Origin: an uncultured delta proteobacterium
GTDB lineage: Bacteria > Desulfobacterota > Binatia > Binatales > Binataceae
DNA length: 64,000 nucleotides
NCBI GenBank assembly: GCA_963774705.1
Contig: CAVZFW010000015.1
Span: forward strand, 138,046-202,045
Reading direction: 5' to 3'
Below are positions 13,160 to 23,060 of the stretch, one piece after another (position 1 is the stretch's first letter; every line of letters starts with the position of its first letter). The notes beneath the pieces were generated by a model. It saw only the letters and a list, made by a program, of their open reading frames with translations. It made no database searches and was not told the DNA's origin. The translations under genes were made by a program, and so were the position numbers.

Positions 13160-13645
13160 ATGGACCGGGGATACAGCATGCTTGGATTTGTCGTGATCGT
13201 GATCCTCTACGCGGTGATCGGGCTCATGGCGGCGGCGGGCGCCATCTTCATCGCCCGGAAAATCCTCGCCCCCAAGGCAGAGCAGATCTTCTATGCGATG
13301 TTCCTCATCATGATCGCCGCGTTCTACTTGGCTTTCGCGGCCTACTTCGGAGTGGCGACGGCGTGGCGGCTGGAAACAGCTGTCGTCGTGGCGTTTGTCG
13401 CAATAGCCCTGCCGGGCGCGCGCCTGCCCTTCGCCCTGATCGTCGGATATTCCTTGCACGGTCTGTGGGACCTGCTGCACGAACTTCAGGCGCATGGAGC
13501 CTACTCGGCGTTCGAGCCGGGCCAGCTCACCCCGATCCCGCTCGCCTACGGAGTTTTTTGTGCAGCCTTCGACTTCTGCATGGCGGCGTATTTCTATGCG
13601 CGACGCGCCGAGTGGATTGCCGCGTGGCACGCGGCGCCGCAGTGA
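13160..13645 (+). CDS. hypothetical integral membrane protein
   Basis: 161-aa ORF with four hydrophobic stretches (LGFVVIVILYAVIGLMAAAGAIFI, IFYAMFLIMIAAFYLAFAAYF, AVVVAFVAIALPG, AYGVFCAAFDFCMAAYF). Family not recognised. Confidence 0.55.
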   Translation: MDRGYSMLGFVVIVILYAVIGLMAAAGAIFIARKILAPKAEQIFYAMFLIMIAAFYLAFAAYFGVATAWRLETAVVVAFVAIALPGARLPFALIVGYSLHGLWDLLHELQAHGAYSAFEPGQLTPIPLAYGVFCAAFDFCMAAYFYARRAEWIAAWHAAPQ

Positions 13646-13667
13646 GAAAATCCCGAAAATGCGTTGA

Positions 13668-14063
13668 CTAATCTATTCCGACCGCACGTTCCTGTTCGCT
13701 CCAAAGAAGCGGCAGTTCGATGCGTTCAGTCAGAGCCTTCGCGGTGACCTGTGGCGGTTGATTACCCGCGACGATGGCCTCGACAATCCGGGGAGCCAGG
13801 AACGCCAACCGAGTCAGGCGGCGCACGTAGTTCGGGAGCACCCCTTCACGCCTGGCGATCGCCGTAACCGATTCCACTTGACCGGCGAGCAAATCGTTAG
13901 CCCAACTGCGTCCCTTCGCGATCGCTTTGATGAGAGCGAGATCAGCGAGCCTAGCTGGTGCGCGACTGCTCTCGATGACCAGACGCATTTCAAAGCCGCG
14001 GATGACGCGTGAGGAGGTTTTCCCTAAGAGCCTAGTACGCCGGACTCCGAGCCATAAAGCCAA
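13668..14063 (-). pseudogene. serine recombinase C-terminal fragment (copy 3)
   Basis: FEMRLVIESSRAP...SVTAIARREGVLPNYVRRLTRLAFLAPRIVEAIVAGNQPPQVTAKALTERIELPLLWSEQE aligns with the last ~115 aa of copies 1 and 2. No catalytic domain upstream. Confidence 0.7.
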
Positions 14064-14199
14064 TATTGACCACAGCCGGCCCGGAAAACCCGCTTTGACG
14101 AACCGAGTTGAAAAACAGCTTAAGCAGCCAGCGCAAGAGTTGCTCTGGCCAGAACTCCGGGCGCTGCGGTAAGAAATCGATAACCTGGGCTGTTAAGCT

Positions 14200-14895
14200 T
14201 TACTTCCCCTTCCGTACCCTGCGAGCGATCGCTTCGAGACCAGCTAAAGCATAATCGACCATATGTCGGGCCAAGGCCGAAGCGTCATCAGCTCCAAGAC
14301 CGAAACTGGGAAGCGCGCGCTTCATCATGCGCCGGTCACCGACTATCAGAATGCAGATCGGCGCCATAAGACTCAGGCAACCTCGAGCTACGGCAGGGTC
14401 GTCCTCCGGCAAGCCCATCAACTCGCCAACGAACCCTCTTAAGGTCCGCGCCAAAGGCAGTATCAATTTCTCCTTTGCTGGGTAGGTTGTGGGTGATGGC
14501 GTTACCATGTCCCGGCCAAAAACTTGCAGTACCCATGATGAGGACACTGGGCCGAGAAGCGTTTGAACGATCACCTCTAACGCCGCCTCAAGTTTTTCCC
14601 TCGGCTCAGTTTTCCCCTCGACTGCAAGCTCGATCGCACGAACTGACAGTATGCGGCTGCGCGCTTCGTCCAGCACGGCAGCATAGAGTGCCTCAATTCC
14701 TCCAAAATGATAGTTAACCGCGGCCGCGTTGGTGCCAGCCCGTTCGCAGATTTCTTTCGCGGTCGAACGCTCGAAGCCCTTTTTTGCGAACACGTGTCCT
14801 GCGGCTTCGAGCAGGTGTTCACGCGTACTTATACGGTCGTCTTCGGTCTCCGACCGGGCATCAGGGCGTGCGCGTCTACTCGTCTGTCGTATCAT
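14200..14895 (-). CDS. TetR family regulator (CerR/DUF1956-type C-terminal domain), copy 1
   Basis: Start at ATG 14895. HTH LLEAAGHVFAKKGFERSTAKEICERAGTNAAAVNYHFGGIEALY. Divergent from the HlyD-ABC operon. Confidence 0.85.
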   Translation of the reverse strand: MIRQTSRRARPDARSETEDDRISTREHLLEAAGHVFAKKGFERSTAKEICERAGTNAAAVNYHFGGIEALYAAVLDEARSRILSVRAIELAVEGKTEPREKLEAALEVIVQTLLGPVSSSWVLQVFGRDMVTPSPTTYPAKEKLILPLARTLRGFVGELMGLPEDDPAVARGCLSLMAPICILIVGDRRMMKRALPSFGLGADDASALARHMVDYALAGLEAIARRVRKGK

Positions 14896-14986
14896 CTCTC
14901 TATTTAGTCCGCAGCTACCGGCTTTGATCAAGCCGGTCTATACGCGCCAGACCGCGATCAAATATAAATGGCATATGGCCACATTA

Positions 14987-15014
14987 ATATCAAATTTAAA
15001 TTTTGATTTGACAA
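14987..15014 (+). promoter_or_regulatory. AT-rich operator/promoter element of the TetR-HlyD divergon (copy 1)
   Basis: ATATCAAATTTAAATTTTGATTTGACAA contains the inverted repeat TCAAAT-N10-ATTTGA overlapping a TTGACA -35 box. Related sequence recurs at 25342 and 31434. Confidence 0.5.
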
Positions 15015-15070
15015 TAGCATCGATGCGACGCTAGCATCGTGATTTTCCGATTGGTTGGGCTGAAGGCCTC

Positions 15071-16102
15071 ATGAAACGAATCCCGCTTATTGTCACATTC
15101 CTCGTTGTAGTCGGTGCCGCGACCTGGTGGTTAGTGGGCGGGCACCCCGCTCGGCGCGAACTGGTGCTCTACGGAGATGTGGATCTGCGGCAAGTGGAGC
15201 TCGCGTTCAACGATAGCGAGCGGATCGCCGCGGTCCTGGTACAGGAGGGAGACCGCGTCAAGCGCGGTCAGGTGCTGGCACGCCTCGATAAGAACCGCCT
15301 GGAGCCCGAGGTCGCCGAGGCCGAAGCGACGGCTGCGGCGCAGCGCGAAGCCGTCGAACGACTGCGCAACGGCAGCCGCCCGCAAGAGATCGCCGAGGCC
15401 CGGGCGAATGTCGAGTCGGCGAAAGCCGCCGCCATCAATGCCCGCGGACAATACGAGCGGCTCAGAACGCTTGCGGCAAATTCGGTGGTGAGCCAGCAGG
15501 ACCTCGAGAATGCGAAGGCTGCGCTTGACGTCGCCGATGCCAAGATGGCTGTGAATCAAAAGGCGCTGGACTTGGCCATCGCAGGACCGCGCAAGGAAGA
15601 CATCGCCCAGGCCGAGGCCGAGTGGCGTTCCGACGAGGCCCAGGCGACCTTCTTGCGTCAGGAGCTCGCGGATGCGCAACTCCTGGCCCCCGTGGATGCC
15701 GTCGTTCGCACTCGCCTGATGGAACCCGGAGAGATGGCGTCGCCGCAAAAGCCGGTGTTTTCGCTCGCGGACACTGATCCGAAATGGGTCCGCGCTTACG
15801 TCGCCGAGTCTGATCTCGGCAAACTGCGCCCGGGGATGAGAGCGTCGATCGCGATCGACAGCTTTCCGGATCAGCGCTTCGACGGGTGGGTCGGGTTCGT
15901 CTCGCCGGTCGCCGAGTTTACGCCGAAGACCGTCGAGACTGCAGAGTTGCGAACTAGCCTCGTCTATGAGGTCAGGGTCTTCGTGAAGGATCCGTCCGAC
16001 CAGCTCCACCTCGGTTCGCCCGCTACTGTGTATCTGCCAACGAATGAAACCCGCCCGCTTCCGTTCTCCGGGATAGGCGCGATCGCAAGGGTCCAGCAAT
16101 GA
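15071..16102 (+). CDS. HlyD-family membrane fusion (periplasmic adaptor) protein
   Basis: 343-aa intact ORF with an N-terminal TM (IPLIVTFLVVVGAATWWLV), a long coiled-coil (AEAEATAAAQREAVERLRNG...), and the C-terminal barrel motif PATVYLP. Confidence 0.9.
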   Translation: MKRIPLIVTFLVVVGAATWWLVGGHPARRELVLYGDVDLRQVELAFNDSERIAAVLVQEGDRVKRGQVLARLDKNRLEPEVAEAEATAAAQREAVERLRNGSRPQEIAEARANVESAKAAAINARGQYERLRTLAANSVVSQQDLENAKAALDVADAKMAVNQKALDLAIAGPRKEDIAQAEAEWRSDEAQATFLRQELADAQLLAPVDAVVRTRLMEPGEMASPQKPVFSLADTDPKWVRAYVAESDLGKLRPGMRASIAIDSFPDQRFDGWVGFVSPVAEFTPKTVETAELRTSLVYEVRVFVKDPSDQLHLGSPATVYLPTNETRPLPFSGIGAIARVQQ

Positions 16103-17855
16103 GTTCCGCCAGGCAGCTCGCGCCTGCCATCATCGGCGACAAGATCCATAAGACGTTTCATCGCGATAAAGGCGAGGATACGGCGCGCTCGATAACGTAT
16201 CCTTCGAAGTCCGACGCGGCGCACTTACCGCACTGGTCGGACCGGATGGAGCGGGAAAGACCACGCTCATGCGTCTGGCCGCCGGATTGATGACCGCCGA
16301 TTCCGGGCCAGCTGAGCGTCCTGGGTATCGACGTTGCCGCCAACCCCCAACAGGTCCAGTCCCGCATTGGCTATATGCCTCAGAGATTCGGGTTGTACGA
16401 GGATCTGAGCGTCCAGGAAAATCTCGATCTCTACGCCGACTCTGCACGGGGTCGGAATCGACGAACGGCGAGCGCGCTATCGGCCGACTGATGGAGATGA
16501 CGGCGCTCGGTCCTTTTCTCCAGCGACTGGCCGGCCGTCTGTCAGGCGGAATGAAGCAGAAGCTCGGCCTCGCCTGCACGCTTATCCGCTCGCCGGAACT
16601 CTTGCTCCTCGATGAACCTACGGTCGGCGTCGATCCACTGTCGCGGCGCGAGCTGTGGGCGATCATCCTGCAGCTCGTCAACGAGCAGGGCCTCACGGTA
16701 CTAGTGAGCACTTCGTATTTGGATGAAGCCGAGCGATGTGCGACATGTCGTGGTCTTGCACGAAGGACAAGGTACTGGCCGAGGGTCGTCCGGACGAAGT
16801 GAGCGAGCTGGCGACAGGTCGCGTGTTTCTTGCGGAACCGCCTGCCAGGCCGGACGCCCCGAGGGATGCAGGCGCGAATGCTGGACGATCCCTGATGTGA
16901 TCGACGCGGTGCCGGAAGGCGGCCACGTGCGACTCGTGATGGCCGCCGAACCCAGCGGCTCGACGTTCGATGGCGCTTCGATGACGCCAGCTCTCGCGCG
17001 GTTCGAGGATGGTTTCATGCTCCTCCTGCGACGGATTACGCCGGATCGACCCCCCGTCGCGATGACGCTCGAACGCCCGCCGCCAGCCGATGGCGACCAG
17101 GTGGTTGTCGAGGTCGATGATCTGGTCACGCCAGTTCGGCGCTTTCACCGCTGTCGATCACGTGAGCTTCGCAGTACAGGCGCGGCGAGATGTTCGGTTT
17201 GCTCGGGCCGAACGGGGCCGGCAAAACCACGACCTTCCGCATGCTCTGCGGCCTGCTCCCGCCAACGCATGGCACGCTGCGAGTGGCTGGCGTCGACCTT
17301 CACACGGCGCGCGCTGCCGCCCGGCAGCGACTCGGTTATGTCGCCCAGAAGTTTGCGCTCTATGGCGATCTGTCGGTTGTCGAGAATCTCGAATTCTTTG
17401 CGAGCGCCTACGGGCTGCGCGGCGACGCGACGGCGTGATCGCATCGCCTGGGCGCTGGAGCAATTCGAGCTCGAACCGCTCATGCGCCAGCCGAGCGGCC
17501 TCCTCCCCGGGGGCTATAAGCAACGGCTCGCGATGGCGGCAGCACTGCTGCATGAGCCAGAGATCTTATTTCTGGACGAGCCGACCAGCGGCGCCGATCC
17601 GCTGGCGCGCCGCGAATTCTGGCGACGCATCACGTCGCTTGCCGAGCAAGGTGTCACGGTGATCGTCACCACGCATTTCATGGAGGAGGCGGAGTATTGC
17701 GATCACGTCGTCATCCTCGATCATGGCCGGGTCCTCGCCCACGGCACGCCCGGCCGAGATTCGCCGCTATGCGCCGGTTGAAGAAGGGGCGTGAGTCGAG
17801 GATGGAGGACGCCTTCATCGCCATCGTCGCAGGCGGCCCGAGGGATCGAGGCTAG
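16099..17855 (+). pseudogene. YbhF-like double-NBD ABC transporter ATPase, many frameshifts
   Basis: ATGA overlap with HlyD. Walker A (GPDGAGKTTLMRLAAG and GLLGPNGAGKTTTFRML), signature (LSGGMKQKLGLA, PGGYKQRLAMA) and Walker B (LLLLDEPTVGVDP, ILFLDEPTSGADP) are all recognisable, but scattered over all three frames with at least 6 switches. Confidence 0.8.
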
Positions 17856-17918
17856 CCCGCCTGTACAGCCGCAGGTCACGGCACGACGCCCGTTGAACGA
17901 TCGACGGTACGACCTGAC

Positions 17919-19038
17919 TTGACCGCGAGGGCTTGGCGGATTTGGGCGCTGGTCAAAAAGGAGGTGCGTCAAATCCTCCGCGATCCCAGCAGCATCGCCG
18001 TCGGCGTGGTGATGCCGGTGTTGCTGATTTTGCTGTTCGGCTATGGCCTGACGCTCGATGTAAAGAACGTCCCGGTCGCGGTCGTGCTGGAGGACACTTC
18101 TCCGGACGCGATCGAATTGGCGTCGACCTTCCAGCTATCCCCCTATTTTCGTGCGCAGCTGATGACCTCGATGGCCCAGGCCGAGGATCTCATTCTCGCG
18201 AGCCAAGTCGATGGCATCATCCGCATCCGCTCCGACTTCTCGCGCCAGATGAGAAACGGAGATGCCGAGGTGCAGATCCTGGCTCACGGTCGCGATGCCA
18301 ATCGCGCCCGTATCATTCAGGGCTATGTCCAAGGGGCGGTCGGCCAGTGGACCGCGCGCCGAATGGCCGAAGGACAAGAAGTGTCGAGCGGGCCCGTGGT
18401 CGTGCAGGACCGGGTTTGGTTCAACGAGGCCAATGAGAGCCGTTACTTTCTGGTTCCCGGTCTGGTCGTGCTCGTCATGACGGTCCTCGGCGCCTTGCTG
18501 ACGGCGCTGGTCGTGGCGCGCGAGTGGGAGCAGGGCACGTTTGAAGCACTGTTCGTAACGCCGGTCCGCGCCGGTGAAATCCTGCTCAGCAAGGTGCTCC
18601 CATACTTGGGCTTGGGCATCTTCGGACTAGTGCTATGCCTGCTTGCCGCCAAATTCCTCTTCCAGGTTCCATTTCTTGGGTCGCTGTGGGTATTAAGCCT
18701 CGGTTCACTACTCTACCTGCTCGTCGCGCTGGGTATGGGGCTGCTGATCTCTTCGACAGTGAAGGCTCAGTTTGTCGCCAGTCTCATAGTTGTGGTGGCG
18801 GCCTTCCTTCCAGCGTTGATGCTCTCAGGATTCCTCTTTGAACTGCACAATCTGCCAGTGGCGGTCCGCTTGCTCACCTATCTGTTTCCCGCGCGGTACT
18901 TACGTCGCGCTACTCCAGACCGTGTTGCTGGCGGGCGACGTCTGGGCCATCATTCTGCCGAATCTGGCAGTGCTGGCCGGCATGGCCATCCTGCTGTTCG
19001 TGCTGACCCGAGTGGGGTTCAAGAAGCAGCTCGACTGA
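17919..19038 (+). pseudogene. ABC-2 type permease (YbhS-like), C-terminal frameshift
   Basis: WALVKKEVRQILRDPSSIAVGVVMPVLLILLFGYG start. After LTYLFPARY the correct ending (VALLQTVLLAGDVWAIILPNLAVLAGMAILLFVLTRVGFKKQLD) is in another frame, with the shift near 18897. Confidence 0.75.
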
Positions 19039-19046
19039 GGTAGATC

Positions 19047-20171
19047 ATGCTCGCCTCCATTTTCCGCATCGTCGCTTTGGTGCGCAAAGAACTCCTCGCA
19101 ATGCTCAAGGATCCACGCGGACGCGCCGTCCTTTTTGTCCCGCCGGTATTACAGTGCATCGTGTTCGGGTATGTCGTGAACTACGATTTGACCCGGCGTT
19201 GCCTACATAGCCTTTGACCGCGACCGCAGCGCCGCGTCATCGGAGCTGCTCGCCTCGTTGGACGGCTCGGGCGTGTTCCAACGGGTCGCAAATCTCGAAC
19301 GCGCAGCGGACGTAAAGACCATGATTGACGAGCGACGCGCCTTGGTCGCGGTTCAGATCGATCAGGATTTCGAGCGCCGATTACTTTCCGGGCGATCGGC
19401 CGACGTACAGGTCATCGCCGACGGTCGCAATTCGAATACGGCCGGCACGGCGCTGAACTATGTCCGCACCGTAGTCGATTCGTTCAATGCTAAATGGTGG
19501 GCAGCGCACGGCGGCGGCGGGCCGCCGGTAAGGGTGACCACCCGCACTTGGTATAATGAGAACCTGGTGGATCGTTGGAGCATCATCCCGAGGCTTGATT
19601 GGCACGCTCACGCTTCCCGAGATGCTCCTGATGACGGCGATGTCGATCGCTCGCGAAAAGGAGGAAGGAACCTTTGACCAGTTGCTCGTAACACCCTTTC
19701 GTCCCGCCGAACTCATGATTGGCAAGGCGTTGCCTTCGCTGCTCGTGTTCCTCAGCCAAGCCACCGGTCTTTCTGCTGGTCGCTCAGCTTTGGTTTCGGA
19801 TTCCTTTCGCAGGGTCGTTCCTCACGCTTTATTTTGGCCTTACCTTGTTTCTTTTGGCGGTGACCGGAATCGGACTCCTGCTTTCGTCGCTGGTCGGGAC
19901 CATGCAGCAAGCACTGCTCTTGTGTTTCTTGCTGGCGATGCCGCTCATGCTCTTGTCCGGGGTCTTCACCTCACGCGAGCTAGCATGCCGGAGGCTATAC
20001 AGGACTTCGATTTGATTAATCCCTTGACGCTACATGATCGATATATCGCGACGGGTGTACCTCGAAGGCGTCGGCGTGGATCGGCTTACTTTCGATTTGT
20101 GGCCGCTGGCGCTGACAGCGCTGGTTACGCTCTCTATCGGTGCATCGGTATTCCGCCGTCAATTAGGATGA
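19047..20171 (+). pseudogene. ABC-2 type permease (YbhR-like), multiple frameshifts
   Basis: MLASIFRIVALVRKELLAMLKDPRGRAVLFVPPVLQCIVFGY, SIAREKEEGTFDQLLVTPFRPAELMIGKALP, LLSSLVGTMQQALLLCFLLAMPLMLLSG and RYMIDISRRVYLEGVGVDRL lie in different frames. Confidence 0.75.
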
Positions 20172-20393
20172 AAAAGTGACAGCAGCAGAGGCCCGCCCTA
20201 GCTCCTTTAGTATGACTCCAAAAATGACAAGTCGCGGATAAGCAATAGGTCAAAAGCGAATAAGGGTTGGTCTCGAAATTCCAGAAGATTCAGAAACAAA
20301 GCAGCGTGAAATATAACTACCATTCGCTTGCAAAGCAGCTTCTCAAGAAGTGTTGATCGGCTCTCACGAAAAACAAAAGCAGGAGAAACGAAC

Positions 20394-21107
20394 ATGACGC
20401 ATGATAAAGTAGCAGTCGTTGCCGGGGTCGGTCCGGGCATCGGTGCGCGTTTCGTAGAAACCTTTGCGCAAGAAGGGTATCGCGTAATAGCGCTGGCACG
20501 CAACGCCGATTCTCTGGAACGGATCCGCAGGGGGCTGGGAGTAACTGCCGATCGATGCCTCTTCTGGGCGATGGACATTACGGACCAAGAACAGGTCAAG
20601 AAAACCTTCCTTCGTGTGCGGGACGAATTAGGCCCGATAAATCTGTTGATTTGTAATGCGGGCGGCGGCGTGAAGAGAGGTTCCTTTCTTGATATCTCTC
20701 CGGAGGAATTTCTCAGGAACCTTCATGGCCAAGCGTTTGGACCGTTCTTGTGCGCCAAGGAAGCAATTCCTGACATGCTGGCCCATAGTGGAGGAACTAT
20801 CGCATACATCGGTGCGACGAGTTCAGTGAAGGGCTATGCGAAGTCTTCAGCCTTTGCCACCGGCAAATTCGCGCTACGCGCCTTAGCGCAGTGCAACGCA
20901 CGAGAATTCGGGCCAAAAGGTATACATGTGTTTCACGTCATCATCGATGGCGGCATCGACAACGTCCCCCTGGGAGAAGACCGGGAAGTAAAATCGGGCA
21001 GGCTGGACTCACGTGCGATTGCTCGTGTTGTTGCGCAAGCCGTTGCCCAGCCACGCGACACGTGGATGCACGAGTTTGATATTCGTCCATCAATCGAGGA
21101 TTTCTGA
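20394..21107 (+). CDS. SDR-family oxidoreductase
   Basis: ATG 20394 with AGGAGA RBS. Cofactor motif VAVVAGVGPGIG. Catalytic region SSVKGYAKSSAFATGKFALRAL (YxxxK-like). Confidence 0.9.
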   Translation: MTHDKVAVVAGVGPGIGARFVETFAQEGYRVIALARNADSLERIRRGLGVTADRCLFWAMDITDQEQVKKTFLRVRDELGPINLLICNAGGGVKRGSFLDISPEEFLRNLHGQAFGPFLCAKEAIPDMLAHSGGTIAYIGATSSVKGYAKSSAFATGKFALRALAQCNAREFGPKGIHVFHVIIDGGIDNVPLGEDREVKSGRLDSRAIARVVAQAVAQPRDTWMHEFDIRPSIEDF

Positions 21108-21121
21108 ACCCGTAAGAAAGA

Positions 21122-21604
21122 ATGATGTTGCTCAAGCATGTTGCGCGAGCAGCGGGACATTCCATGAAAGATAAACCGACCTGGCTCAAGAACTTGTTCC
21201 CTTGGGAGCAGAAAACGATCCACGTCAACGGCCGCTTGATGGCATATGTTGACGAAGGAGATGCGGATGTTCCGTCTGTACTGCTCCTCCATGGGAATCC
21301 GACGTGGGGCTTCCTTTACCGTGACTTCATCGGACCGTTGATAAGCGCTGGTTACAGGGTGATCGTTCCTGACTGTATTGGTTCCGGTTACTCAGACCAC
21401 CCACGCATCGATGCGGCCTTTACGCTAGCCCAGCACATAGCCGACCTCGTGTCGCTGATCGACCAACTGAAGCTTCGCGGCTTCGTGATCGTCGGCCAGG
21501 ACTGGGGCGGTCCACAAGGCGTGGGCGCCGCGCCAGTTCGGGCAGCTTGCACTGGATCATTTACATATCGCTCCATCCACGATCAAACCGCCGCAGGCGA
21601 TTAA
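21122..21604 (+). pseudogene. alpha/beta hydrolase (haloalkane dehalogenase/epoxide hydrolase-like), truncated after ~130 aa of homology
   Basis: VLLLHGNPTWGFLYRDFIGPL and the nucleophile elbow FVIVGQDWGG are present. The cap and C-terminal catalytic residues are absent, and the reading frame ends in unrelated sequence. Confidence 0.65.
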
Positions 21605-22089
21605 ATTTACGTTGCCACTGACCATTGAGGCAGGCGTAGTACCTGCGCCAAAGAGCTAGGCCTGCAGCACTACTGACTAGTACGCGGTGAATAAGAAAAG
21701 TCGCATCGCTCAGAAGATCTCAGATGAACGGCAGTTTGAAGGAAATGCAATTCGGAGGAGCCACCATTCCACACGACGTTAGTCATAGTGAGATAAACGT
21801 CGTTAATCCGCGTTTGAGCCCTGACGACATCGCCGCCGATATCGGAAATGTCCTTCTGCTCTCGAATTGTTTGCCGAATTCGAACGTGATGCGCAGATTG
21901 GTTCGCTCGCTGGAGAACTGCTATAAGCGGCCTAATCGGCGTTTTGCGAATATCTGCTTTCGATCCCTTGATTTCTCGCATTTCAAGAAGGCTTTGGGCA
22001 TCAGAATTCAATGATCTGTTCAGTATTCTCGCGAGCACGAAAATTGCTCATCGAGATCACCAAGAAGCACAGTTTGTTATGAGGATGAG

Positions 22090-22953
22090 TTGGACACTAT
22101 GAAGCAGCACACGATCGCAAACTCGCACAGCCACACAATAGTGGGTAGCGTGGAAGCCGCGCTGAACTTCATTGCCTTAACCGCGCAAAAGCCAGTCACC
22201 CTAATGTACAGGATCGAGAACGGCGAGCCTCAGCGGACCTACGAGAGCATTAAACACAGGGTGACCATTCTTGATAGTCGCGCTATAAACGAGCGTTTGA
22301 CGCTGGACAACCAGGGATTTGCGCTGGTGCATCATCGGACCGCGATCGGAGACTTTTACGATGACGCCGAAGTACGCGCGGCCTATTATCCCGAAGTCGA
22401 GCAGCTGGTAAAGCAGACTACGGGAGCAGCGCAGGTGTTGGTATTCGATCACAACGTGCGGTACGGCATCGGGGGACGGAACGGTACTCGCGCGCCAGTT
22501 CGCTTCGCACACAATGACTATACCCTCAAATCGGGCCCGCAACGCGTGCGTGACCTCATGGGGGCCAAGGCCGATGTGCTGCTAAGAAGCCGATTCGCTT
22601 TCATTAACGTCTGGCGCCCGATTCGCGGCCCGATAGAGGAAGCGCCGCTCGCGATTTGCGACGCGCGGAGCATGAGGCCAAGTGACTTCGTGCCGACTGA
22701 CCGCGAGTACCGCGACCGCACCGGCGAGGTGTACTCGGTGGCTTTCAATCCGGAGCATCGCTGGTCTTATTTTTCCCAGATGGGGCGCGACGAGACCTAG
22801 CTGCTGAAGTGTTATGACTCTTCAATCGATGGGCGCGCGCGATGGACGGCTCATACGGCGTTCGACGATCCAACATCGCCGTCTGATCCCGCTCCGCACG
22901 AGAGTATAGAGGCCCGCACGATCGCTTTTTATGCGCCCGAGGAGAAGGGCTGA
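22090..22953 (+). pseudogene. CmcJ/NvfI-family oxidoreductase with in-frame TAG at 22798
   Basis: VLVFDHNVRYG...RFAHNDYTLKSGPQRV...RFAFINVWRPIRGPIEEAPLAICDA...NPEHRWSYFSQMGRDET then TAG, then in the same frame LLKCYDSSIDGRARWTAHTAFDDPTSP...ESIEARTIAFY. This parallels the C-terminus of the neighbouring paralog. Confidence 0.65.
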
Positions 22954-23060
22954 GATAGGATGGTCAACAGGCGAATTCTTCGCCCTGTCGTTCACTTGTA
23001 TGATGAACCCTAAAGACTACAAAACCTTACTGCCGCAATTGGCTATCTAGGAGTACGATT

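Noticed and set aside
15131-16099. 322-aa minus-strand ORF
   Set aside because: It is antisense to the intact HlyD adaptor gene. It has no RBS and no family features.
21670-22038. Overlapping ORFs in a low-GC patch, possibly a degraded AraC-type HTH on the plus strand (SPDDIAADIG...ICFRSLDFSHFKKALG)
   Set aside because: The resemblance is faint and requires several deletions. Neither strand gives a convincing protein, so I did not call a feature.
22798-22800. In-frame TAG as pyrrolysine or programmed readthrough
   Set aside because: There is no pyl gene context and no methylamine methyltransferase context. The paralog has a hydrophobic residue at this column, one base from TAG, and the window is full of other lesions. 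A simple nonsense mutation or base error is more likely.
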